Shown piece after piece: positions 56,497 to 64,000 of a stretch of 64,000 nt of DNA. The notes below the pieces were generated by a model. That model ran no database searches. It was given only the letters and a program-made list of their open reading frames with translations, and was not told where the DNA came from. Position 1 is the stretch's first letter. The number at the start of each line of letters is the position of its first letter. The stretch is taken from IMG/VR virus record IMGVR_UViG_3300027969_000040. The stretch is one strand, 5' to 3'. The DNA is from a virus. Its lineage: Duplodnaviria; Caudoviricetes. Position numbers and translations under genes: made by a program.

Positions 56497-56990
56497 TCAA
56501 ATAAATCCTCGTTCCATTCGCGATGACCTTCTCGATAAGCCATATTGGCCTGTGTTTCGCGTACTTCTACGCGATAGCACCATAGACGCTGACTTTCGCT
56601 TTCGCCCCAATAGTCAGGAATATAAACACCGTTTACATACTTGTAAAGCATATCTGCTAAACTTTCACACCCCATGGCTGGCAGGATAGTCAGTTTGGCC
56701 AACTTGCGGCGTTCCATTTCTTTGTAGAACTCAAGTTCTGGATCATCATGTGCCACCAGAGTTGTGTGATCAAATTGGTCTTCTAAGATCTTTTTAAGTT
56801 CTTTCAATCCGCCGTAGTCAGCGACCCAGTTGCGAACGTCTAGATCGTTGGTTCCAAAATAGAACTTCATACTAAACGAGTAACCGTGATTCATATTGCA
56901 ATGACTGTTGGCCCTCCATTGTCTATATGCGCAAGGAAATGCGTCGATATATTCTTTTGTACTAGTGTACTTGTATGCGATTGGGGTCAT
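56493..56990 (-). CDS. queD: 6-carboxy-5,6,7,8-tetrahydropterin synthase
   Basis: C.YRQW..SHC...HGY, DYGGLKELK..LE..FDH, CESLA, VEVRET. Confidence 0.88.
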   Translation of the reverse strand: MTPIAYKYTSTKEYIDAFPCAYRQWRANSHCNMNHGYSFSMKFYFGTNDLDVRNWVADYGGLKELKKILEDQFDHTTLVAHDDPELEFYKEMERRKLAKLTILPAMGCESLADMLYKYVNGVYIPDYWGESESQRLWCYRVEVRETQANMAYREGHREWNEDLFE

Positions 56991-56995
56991 GCTGT

Positions 56996-57062
56996 TTCTC
57001 CTATGTTAATTATAGCATAGGCGGCGGAGTTTGTAAAGCGGGACGATGCCGATAGACCGCTA
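56996..57062 (-). promoter_or_regulatory. Candidate cis-regulatory RNA (riboswitch-like) in the queD 5' UTR
   Basis: GC-rich island in AT-rich DNA: P1 GCGG/CCGC, loop CGGC able to pair with downstream GCCG, and a hairpin CCUAUG/CAUAGG covering the AGG of the RBS. Confidence 0.55.
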
Positions 57063-57074
57063 TATGTACTTATC

Positions 57075-57518
57075 TTATTGTTCGGATACGTTTAGTATTT
57101 GAACTGCTGGTACATCATCTTCGAGAATATTACCATTTTCGTCTACTAGACAAATTCTAATTGGATTGCTAATACGCATATAAGAACTATCAATGCTCCA
57201 TTGATCTACAATTCCATCAATGCCATTTCTTCCCCAATTGATACCAATATTATTTACATCTTCATCAGTAAAGTCACCAAAAAATTTATAAAATGTTTGA
57301 AATTGATTTTTATATACGCCAGTTTCTAAAGGAAAATGCAAATTATCATCATTAATTTCTTGCTGTGTAATTGGATTATCTAAACTTCTGGTTCCGTATC
57401 CAGATACGAATGTATCTGTTACACTCCAACCTCGGTCGTTGTTTACTGACTTGATATTATAATATACACTTATACTACCGTCGTTATTTACTGGATACAC
57501 TCTGTATGAGTTTGTCAT
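57075..57518 (-). CDS. Hypothetical protein
   Basis: 147 aa; AAGG RBS; TAAATA at 57548-57553. Confidence 0.65.
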   Translation of the reverse strand: MTNSYRVYPVNNDGSISVYYNIKSVNNDRGWSVTDTFVSGYGTRSLDNPITQQEINDDNLHFPLETGVYKNQFQTFYKFFGDFTDEDVNNIGINWGRNGIDGIVDQWSIDSSYMRISNPIRICLVDENGNILEDDVPAVQILNVSEQ

Positions 57519-57563
57519 GATTATTTTTCCTTGCTATATTTTTATTTTATTTAGTACTTGCAC

Positions 57564-58034
57564 TTATTCAAACTCGTCACTATCATAATAATCACTAATA
57601 CCATATTCCTCATCCAGTTCGGGGGGTATAGTATCAACTAACTCTTCTTTTGATAAATGACTGTAGTCGTATTGTTGATCGTCACCGTTATCCCAAATAC
57701 CACAAAATCCTATTCCTGGTTCGTAGTAAGTTGCATATACACTAAATCCTTGATCTAGTAATGATTTATACGCCATTAACGGTGGTGCCCATGCACTAGT
57801 AAAACTAAGTGTAATTTTATTTGGAGTCACTTCTAAGAAGCCGTCGTTTTCTCCAATGTCCCATTTAGTACCCCAGTTTTCAATATTCCATGTATACCAA
57901 TTTTCGTTATGTTCCGTTGGTCTTGGAACTAATGTGTTTAAAAATTCACCTTTGGCAAAGGCATTACCGGCACGTTCAATTACTTCTGGGTCGTTATGTT
58001 CTAAAATTAATTTGTTATCACACCAATTTGGCAC
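57564..58034 (-). CDS. DUF1281 / YubB ferredoxin-like family protein
   Basis: MPNWC.N, WY.W.I.NWGTKWD, F.SAW.PP, YYEPG..FCG. Confidence 0.75.
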   Translation of the reverse strand: MPNWCDNKLILEHNDPEVIERAGNAFAKGEFLNTLVPRPTEHNENWYTWNIENWGTKWDIGENDGFLEVTPNKITLSFTSAWAPPLMAYKSLLDQGFSVYATYYEPGIGFCGIWDNGDDQQYDYSHLSKEELVDTIPPELDEEYGISDYYDSDEFE

Positions 58035-58045
58035 AATGGTTCTCC

Positions 58046-58258
58046 TTAGGCAGCAGATTTTTTACGAGATGTCTTAACAGGGGCTTCTACACTTAGTATA
58101 GCAGCCTTTACTTCATTAAGCAAGGCTTCGTCGTCCCATTTTAATTCAGTACGCCCATTTGGAAAAGTTGTAACAGTTAAATGATTTCCTTTAACTATCT
58201 TTACTACATCCAACCCGGTAGCATTGACTACCTCAGATTTCTTTTTTTTAGTTGCCAT
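58046..58258 (-). CDS. Hypothetical protein
   Basis: 70 aa, Lys-rich ends; L.WD.EAL..EV..A. Confidence 0.65.
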   Translation of the reverse strand: MATKKKKSEVVNATGLDVVKIVKGNHLTVTTFPNGRTELKWDDEALLNEVKAAILSVEAPVKTSRKKSAA

Positions 58259-58664
58259 TTTGTGCTTCCTCTATTTCTTCAATTTTTAATAAATTATGAA
58301 ACCAATACTCTGACCGATCAAACACCCAACCAGAATCATCTAATGATTTATAAATGTCTATTCCAATTAAATTTTTAATTTTAGTTTGTTCCTCACTGCT
58401 GACTTGTGATGGAAACAACCAAGTTGCTGCTGATCCGCTAGCTTTAGGAACAAGCGTTAACAAACTCCAACTATATTCGGTACCTTTTGTTAATTCAATT
58501 CCGTCAATGTTTTCTAAATTCATATCAGGCATAGTATGGTTCCAGCATACAAATTCTGAATATTCAAATGTCTCACGCCGTGAAATAGTCAAACTGCCTT
58601 TATACCAATATTGCTGCTCAATTATTTTGTTTTTGTATTGAGGTGATATTTTCCATTTTTTCAT
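58248..58664 (-). CDS. Hypothetical protein
   Basis: 138 aa; ATGA overlap with the folE stop. Confidence 0.65.
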   Translation of the reverse strand: MKKWKISPQYKNKIIEQQYWYKGSLTISRRETFEYSEFVCWNHTMPDMNLENIDGIELTKGTEYSWSLLTLVPKASGSAATWLFPSQVSSEEQTKIKNLIGIDIYKSLDDSGWVFDRSEYWFHNLLKIEEIEEAQNGN

Positions 58665-59371
58665 CGCGGCGCAAACTCCTGCTGTAGTTTGATGTTATCA
58701 AAAAACTCCTTCTTGGTGCTTTGATCTGTTTGAAATGCACCTCGAAGCACAGTAGTTTGAGTTAGACTGCTATGTGCCATGATACCACGATTCTCACAGC
58801 ATCCATGTGTAGCTTGGATATAAACACCTAGGTCTGTTGCTCCTGTAGCTTTTTGGATTTCTCTAGCAATGTCATTGGCCAGTTCTTCCTGCAAAGTACC
58901 ACGACGAGCGCACCAATGAGCAATACGAGTGTACTTAGACAAACCAATGAGCTTTTCTGCGGCGATAATCCCAATATAAGCGATACCAGATACAGGCTGG
59001 TGATGATGGCTACACATACTGCGTAGTTCACTTCTAACCACAAGCATGCCTTCGTATCTATCTGCTGAATCATTTGGAAAAGCCGTTGCATTCGGTGCTG
59101 GTTCATATCTACCTTCCATAATTTCATTAAAATACATTTTAGCTAATCGACGTGCAGTACCTTTACTATTAGGATCTGTTTCACGATCAATTAATAATCT
59201 ATCCAGTACAGTTTCAAATGCTAGTGTAGCTTCGTCAATTAAAATGTCTTTATCCAATCCGCTGATATATTCGCTAATATTATCGCCTGCCCAGAATCGT
59301 TTGTTATCGCGTTTCATCTTAGAGCGAATATGATCGCCGAGATAAATTTCTTTGTTGTCTGTTTCACTCAT
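58661..59371 (-). CDS. folE: GTP cyclohydrolase I
   Basis: T.RRLAKMY, SMCSHH, IGLSKY.R, QEEL, ATHGC...RG, T.LRG.F..D...EF. Confidence 0.97.
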   Translation of the reverse strand: MSETDNKEIYLGDHIRSKMKRDNKRFWAGDNISEYISGLDKDILIDEATLAFETVLDRLLIDRETDPNSKGTARRLAKMYFNEIMEGRYEPAPNATAFPNDSADRYEGMLVVRSELRSMCSHHHQPVSGIAYIGIIAAEKLIGLSKYTRIAHWCARRGTLQEELANDIAREIQKATGATDLGVYIQATHGCCENRGIMAHSSLTQTTVLRGAFQTDQSTKKEFFDNIKLQQEFAPR

Positions 59372-59415
59372 TTTATTTTTTCTCCGATGTTAAGGCAGAG
59401 GATTGCCATGTTTGT

Positions 59416-59445
59416 ATTATATATTATTTAGACCAACAGAGTCAA
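59416..59445 (-). promoter_or_regulatory. Nested sigma70 and late promoter upstream of folE
   Basis: TTGACT - 18 nt - TATAAT with TAAATA (59425-59430) inside the spacer. Confidence 0.55.
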
Positions 59446-59448
59446 TAA

Positions 59449-60417
59449 TTATGATAGGGTTTTTTGCCATTGCCATGCAGTGGCAACAATATTTTCAATG
59501 GTACTATTACGTGGTCGCCATGAGGTTAATGTTTTAAATTTTATACTTTCAGCTACAAGTTTATCTGGATCTCCCTCTCGACGAGGACCAATTTCTACAT
59601 CAATTTTTTCTCCGACTGTTTGACTACAGGCATTAATAATTTCTTTATTACTATACCCATGTCCGGTTCCTAAATTATATGCTTCGAATCTTCCAGGATT
59701 AAAACTTTCAGCTAAACATACAGATTCTAAATGTGCCTGCGCGATATCAGTTACATGCAAATAATCGCGTATGCAAGTGCCATCTGCGGTATCATAATCA
59801 TTTCCGTTTAATACAAATGATTTCTTATTTTGATATGCACCTAATATCCGAGGAATTATATGTGTTGCATCAATAGTATGACCTAATGCTCCACTGGCAT
59901 CTGCACCGCATGCATTAAAATAACGCAATGCAATGCCTTTATATCCATGTGCATTGCAATGATCTGCAATAACTTGTTCGCACATGAGTTTACTCCAACC
60001 ATATGGGTTCATTGGCTCTTGGTCCGACGACTCGCTAATAGGATTAGAGCAGTAATTACCGTATGTAGCGGCACTACTACTAAAAACAATTTTGCCGGGC
60101 CAACCATGCAATTGATCTAACAAAATGTTGGTTTTTGATACATTATTATTATAATATTCGCCGGGATTAGTCATGCTAGGGCCTACCAGGCTTGTACCAG
60201 CACAATGTATAATAGCATCGGCATTGTTTGTTTTTGCAGCAGTTGCAGCAACATCAGTGTAGTCGGCTATTAACATATTGTCTATGTAATGTGCAGCTTC
60301 TGGTATAGTTATAGTGCGGTCAACACCAATAACGTAGTACCCTGCTTCTTTAAAAGTCTTAGCAGTATGACTACCAATAAATCCAAATGCACCAGTAATT
60401 ACAACTCTTTTGCTCAT
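59449..60417 (-). CDS. galE: UDP-glucose 4-epimerase (extended SDR)
   Basis: TGAFGFIGSH, FSSSAATYG, NPYGWSK (YxxxK), LRYFN.CGA, DGTCIRDY.HV.D.A.AH, RREGDP..LVA. Confidence 0.92.
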   Translation of the reverse strand: MSKRVVITGAFGFIGSHTAKTFKEAGYYVIGVDRTITIPEAAHYIDNMLIADYTDVAATAAKTNNADAIIHCAGTSLVGPSMTNPGEYYNNNVSKTNILLDQLHGWPGKIVFSSSAATYGNYCSNPISESSDQEPMNPYGWSKLMCEQVIADHCNAHGYKGIALRYFNACGADASGALGHTIDATHIIPRILGAYQNKKSFVLNGNDYDTADGTCIRDYLHVTDIAQAHLESVCLAESFNPGRFEAYNLGTGHGYSNKEIINACSQTVGEKIDVEIGPRREGDPDKLVAESIKFKTLTSWRPRNSTIENIVATAWQWQKTLS

Positions 60418-60418
60418 A

Positions 60419-61597
60419 TCAATATTTTGTTTCGTGTGTATGCTTACGATAGTCGGTACTCATGCGCAACCACTTGTTACCTTTGCCTTCTAGTATATCA
60501 CATATGCGATCAATAGTACCGTCATTCCAATCACTAATCAATCCCTGACTTACATGATGATATCCTAGCAAATCTTCTAGCTTGGCAATAGCATCGTCGA
60601 GACTCCAAGGTATATACATTCGAGTATAGTCGTTAGCAAAGGTCTCAGGGAAACTGCGATAAGCAGGGTAAAGTACATTACAACCAAGAGTGTCCGCTTC
60701 TGATACAGTGTTTGAGACCCAATCTTGTAAAGCGCAATTAAAAAGCACACGAGTGTCATTAAGGAGACTGTAGTAGTCATTCTTTTCCAAGTCCTCATAG
60801 ATAGTAAGCATACCACGTGCTTGTAGATCGCGTGTACGTGCCATGTAGCTGTCGTTATTGCTCTTTAATTTTGCACCACTAAAGATACAAAACTCTACTG
60901 GATGATTTGGATATTGAGTATGCCATGATTCGATGAGATCCATGTAGAAGTCTGGCTGCTTCTCTTGATCCCAACGTGCAGCAAAGCCCACACGCATAGC
61001 ACGATCACCAAATTCTTTTAACTCGCCAGGTACACGAGCACGTACTTCGTCCTTGCCAAATGCTAGGCCTGAAATATTGTAGATTGGTGCCTGCCAACCT
61101 GCAATCTTCATGTGCATTACCATTTCTTCATTAGTTGCGAGTACTCCGTCCACAAACGAGTCCACCATTTTTTCATAATGAGCCATCCAAGTTGACATAC
61201 CCCACACATGTACAAAATCATCAGGATCAATAGACTGGGCAAGACAACGAACAAAAATACGAGGACGGTGGTTAGCAGGGATTTGATTGAGGATATAAGG
61301 AAGGCTCTCCATACCGGGCTGAAACATGTCCTCAAAATAGACCACATCTTCATTGTTTAATTCTCCTGCTTTCATCATCTTAATCAGATTCATTAACTGA
61401 CTCATACCAAAGTATGTGCGTCCGTGTGCATCTAATACTTGTCCGGTTACAATTGCTTGGTCATTACTGAGTGTTTCGCCGGGTACTATAACATAGTCAA
61501 TGCCGCGTTGTTCGAACACAGCACGATTCCACTCTTGTAGTTGCAAAGTATATCTTGCTTTATAAGGTTCAAGACCCATGTAGTAGAGTTTACGCAT
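60419..61597 (-). CDS. GT-B fold glycosyltransferase (GT4-like)
   Basis: ATG at 61597 (MRKLYYMGLEP); VGFAARWDQEKQP and NCALQDWVSNTVSEA...GC..LYP...SFPE (D/E-X7-E-like). Confidence 0.8.
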   Translation of the reverse strand: MRKLYYMGLEPYKARYTLQLQEWNRAVFEQRGIDYVIVPGETLSNDQAIVTGQVLDAHGRTYFGMSQLMNLIKMMKAGELNNEDVVYFEDMFQPGMESLPYILNQIPANHRPRIFVRCLAQSIDPDDFVHVWGMSTWMAHYEKMVDSFVDGVLATNEEMVMHMKIAGWQAPIYNISGLAFGKDEVRARVPGELKEFGDRAMRVGFAARWDQEKQPDFYMDLIESWHTQYPNHPVEFCIFSGAKLKSNNDSYMARTRDLQARGMLTIYEDLEKNDYYSLLNDTRVLFNCALQDWVSNTVSEADTLGCNVLYPAYRSFPETFANDYTRMYIPWSLDDAIAKLEDLLGYHHVSQGLISDWNDGTIDRICDILEGKGNKWLRMSTDYRKHTHETKY

Positions 61598-61608
61598 GAT
61601 ATTCCTTA

Positions 61609-61851
61609 TTAACGAGCATCGTTTCCATAACGACGTCCTTGACGTATCATCCATCCCCAGTTGTCACGAGGCCAGCGTCCATTCTGGAAACGTAGATAGT
61701 CTCCAAATGGGCTATACTCATTACCCAGATGGGCTTCGTTAAACGGAAAACCATAATCCGCACAAAATTTGCGATACTTATCGAGGTCGTCAAAAATACG
61801 ACTCACTTCTGGTTTCATGACAAAATATTTTTTAAGTTGATGATTAGACAT
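61609..61851 (-). CDS. Hypothetical protein (80 aa)
   Basis: MSNHQLKKY...IFDDLDKYRKFC..YG..FNEAHL; AAGGA RBS. Confidence 0.7.
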   Translation of the reverse strand: MSNHQLKKYFVMKPEVSRIFDDLDKYRKFCADYGFPFNEAHLGNEYSPFGDYLRFQNGRWPRDNWGWMIRQGRRYGNDAR

Positions 61852-61871
61852 AATATAATCCTTTAATAAAG

Positions 61872-62321
61872 TTAAACAGAAATTTGTTTGGCACTGTAGC
61901 GATGGTAAAAAATATTGCAACCGTTCTCTCCATCTTCGGAGACTTCAATTTCTATATCTCTATCTGGGTATCGAGTAGCAATAACTTGATATAGTTCATC
62001 ACTAATCATTTCGCAGCTTTTATGATCTAGTTGTAGTGAATCTTTGTACAAGTTTTCAATCCAACGTTTAAATTGAATAAATTCAATATCACGATCGGCA
62101 TGAAATACTTGGATAGAAACTTTAAAGTGAAATATATGACGATGCGGAAATCCTAGGAAACTCACATCATATTCATCACCGGTTGCCAATGTTGGATCGG
62201 TTGCTGCTGCTGGATACATATGGATACCTTCTTTACGGAAGGTGATCCAAATTAATCTCTTTGCTCGGTCGGCGATACGATTTCTTTTTTCTGCTAGTGC
62301 AGTTTCGGTTTGTGTAAACAT
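61872..62321 (-). CDS. QueD-like T-fold protein, DpdL-like (putative CDG decarboxylase)
   Basis: LGFPHRHIF matches LxxxHRHxF; SCEMI..EL...EVSEDGENG T-fold end; deazaguanine cluster context. Confidence 0.7.
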   Translation of the reverse strand: MFTQTETALAEKRNRIADRAKRLIWITFRKEGIHMYPAAATDPTLATGDEYDVSFLGFPHRHIFHFKVSIQVFHADRDIEFIQFKRWIENLYKDSLQLDHKSCEMISDELYQVIATRYPDRDIEIEVSEDGENGCNIFYHRYSAKQISV

Positions 62322-62353
62322 CTTTATTAAATAAAGTTAGTTGATAGATATGC

Positions 62354-62382
62354 AGTATACACTGCGGCGATAACAAAGTCAA
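62354..62382 (-). promoter_or_regulatory. sigma70-type promoter for the DpdL-like gene
   Basis: TTGACT - 17 nt - TATACT. Confidence 0.7.
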
Positions 62383-62392
62383 CGACTTTGAA

Positions 62393-62899
62393 TTATAATA
62401 CAGAGTCTTTGGTGTATTCCCGCCAGCTGGTAAAGTTAGCAGGGTTGGTTAAAGAGTGTAGGCTGTGACACCATACACCGGGATTAGTGGCATCAAAATC
62501 TTTGTCATCAATTTTGACAGTGGCATTATATCCCAGCTGTTGCAAGTAGGGTATCTTAACCGATATCATTGGGATAAAGTTGTGATACTCAGTAAGGCCG
62601 CACTCTAGTAGGCCTTCTACAGATCGAACATCAATATCCAATGAGCATAAGTAACCTGCTCTCAGGAACGGTGTAATCATATCTTGCCACTGGTCCCAGG
62701 TGCCGGCATCGTTAACATCGGGATTGGGAAAACTCATGTTAGCACCAAAGTAAATATGCTCACATCCGTTAATGTGTTGGGCAATATCATCTTCGGTTTG
62801 TACTCCGACTACAAACAGGGTTTTCTTGCCGTACGCAGGAGTACGCTCAATTTCAATGCCGTAGAAGAAACTTACTTCTTCGTGACCTTCTCTAATCAT
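62393..62899 (-). CDS. Conserved hypothetical protein translationally coupled to the TGT-like gene
   Basis: 168 aa; ATGA overlap at 62896-62899; GIEIERTPAYG.KTLFVVG...HIYFGAN...ATNPGVWCH. Confidence 0.75.
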   Translation of the reverse strand: MIREGHEEVSFFYGIEIERTPAYGKKTLFVVGVQTEDDIAQHINGCEHIYFGANMSFPNPDVNDAGTWDQWQDMITPFLRAGYLCSLDIDVRSVEGLLECGLTEYHNFIPMISVKIPYLQQLGYNATVKIDDKDFDATNPGVWCHSLHSLTNPANFTSWREYTKDSVL

Positions 62900-64000
62900 G
62901 ATACTTCCTTTTCTTCAAACAAATCATTAAACTTTGTGCGACCGTTAAGGGCCTTCTTACCGATGAATCCACGACCGCCAATAATATCCATCCAATAGTT
63001 ACGGTAGTGTTGTATAATAGCTTCTGATTCTTCTCTAACATCCGTAGCAAAGATAGCATCTACTATGTCTTTGAACATTTCATAATCGCCATTGTTTTTA
63101 CGCATCATACCAGGATACTCGCCTGCATCGTATGTTCTATTAGCACGTTGTACAGCTTCGATATGTGTCCATACGTTATGACCCATTAGTAGTGCATAAC
63201 TAAAACTATCCCAGCTAGTTTTGCCTTCTTTGCCATTTTTATTTACATCACCCGGCTTATAGTAACAGATGTCTTTCATTTTAAGCAGGCTACTGATAGG
63301 GCTTTCGTCAAAGTGGTTGACCCACTTTTCTTGTACAGCAGTAACACCATAGGGTCTTAGATCAGTTGCATACTTCTTATCATCTACAATAGGACTCATA
63401 CGATAACACCATTTACCTTCGTGCGGCAAATCAATCTCATGATATACTTGTCCATTGGCAGTAGCTAAGAATGGGCTGGCGCAATCAAAGCTGATAGTAA
63501 AGGCTGGATTGACGTACTTTCTGACAGCTCTTTGTATGTCAGTTAACAATACTGCCCACTCTAATTTGCTAGTACCCAAGAAGTGCATCCAATCATGTAC
63601 ACCTTCTTGCAGCAAGTTGTCGTGGCGTAATGCTATTAATCTTTTTAGTATAAGATGCACATCACACATATTCTGTCCGCCCATTGCCCAACCATCAAAG
63701 TGTTTATCTGGATAGACTGTGGGATCACAAAATACTTTCATAGCCTGATACCAATCCTCGGCACTGGTATGATTATCACCTTGCAATACATTTAAGTATT
63801 TTGCACCACCGTTGTTCTTGCCACGGCGATGACGCATAAAGTATTCGTTATTGTATTTTGTTGCAGCAACCGCCTCTGGCAAGGTAGTAATACCGCAGGC
63901 ATTGCTGGCTTTCTTGTCATGAATAACCCAAGTTGGGATATCCAAGATCATTCCATAATCGGAAATACTGTCTAACCAAGTAAGCACGCCGCCGCGTTTC
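62896..64000 (-). CDS. TGT-fold (DpdA-like) deazaguanine transglycosylase, 5' end beyond the window
   Basis: MILD, VLQG, GWAMGG, HFLG, FDCASP correspond to TGT substrate-binding and catalytic motifs; the frame is open to the window end (KRGGVLTW...). Confidence 0.75.
   Translation of the reverse strand, partial: KRGGVLTWLDSISDYGMILDIPTWVIHDKKASNACGITTLPEAVAATKYNNEYFMRHRRGKNNGGAKYLNVLQGDNHTSAEDWYQAMKVFCDPTVYPDKHFDGWAMGGQNMCDVHLILKRLIALRHDNLLQEGVHDWMHFLGTSKLEWAVLLTDIQRAVRKYVNPAFTISFDCASPFLATANGQVYHEIDLPHEGKWCYRMSPIVDDKKYATDLRPYGVTAVQEKWVNHFDESPISSLLKMKDICYYKPGDVNKNGKEGKTSWDSFSYALLMGHNVWTHIEAVQRANRTYDAGEYPGMMRKNNGDYEMFKDIVDAIFATDVREESEAIIQHYRNYWMDIIGGRGFIGKKALNGRTKFNDLFEEKEVS

Noticed and set aside
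56996-57062. Known preQ1-I riboswitch
   Set aside because: Lacks the UGGUUC-type loop and 3' A-rich tail I associate with class I; kept as an unassigned candidate instead.
61598-61654. 5' extension of the glycosyltransferase in the ORF track
   Set aside because: Overlaps the upstream ORF; the AAGGA RBS supports the ATG at 61597.
1-64000. Stop-codon reassignment, or inteins in gp46, thyX, rnh or queE
   Set aside because: Genes are full-length under the standard code with TAA, TAG and TGA all used as stops; the enzymes have normal lengths with no Hint insertions.

Overview
AT-rich, densely coded 64 kb segment of a large, distantly T4-like tailed dsDNA phage (myovirus-type). No tRNA, rRNA, CRISPR array, integrase or intron was recognised. 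Layout: portal (partial) and a tape-measure-like gene on the minus strand (1-5425). Then a divergent gp26-like chaperone with an apparent -1 frameshift extension, a ~460-nt structured non-coding region, an Hjc-like nuclease, gp46/gp47 and the gp55 late sigma factor (5.5-11.4 kb). A plus-strand baseplate and tail-fibre operon follows (11.5-45 kb: gp48/54-, gp53-, gp27-, gp5-, gp25-, gp6- and gp7-like genes, an S74-chaperoned fibre, two giant Ig-repeat proteins and a Hint-domain protein). The minus-strand early/middle region (45-64 kb) holds thyX, a MoxR-type AAA ATPase plus metallopeptidase-VWA pair, a phasin/DUF3563-like cluster, an SGNH hydrolase and RNase H. It ends in a 7-deazaguanine DNA-modification cluster (TGT/DpdA-like, an unknown coupled ORF, DpdL-like, glycosyltransferase, GalE, FolE, QueD, MazG-like, QueE). 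The most interesting signals are: (i) a glycosyltransferase and UDP-sugar epimerase embedded in the deazaguanine cluster; (ii) a pseudoknot plus RBS-sequestering RNA element directly upstream of queD (candidate riboswitch); (iii) a canonical A-AAU-UUU -1 frameshift in the gp26-like gene; (iv) the large structured non-coding element at 6558-7016; (v) a probable AUU start codon for the late sigma factor. All family assignments come from motif recognition by eye; no database searches were run.
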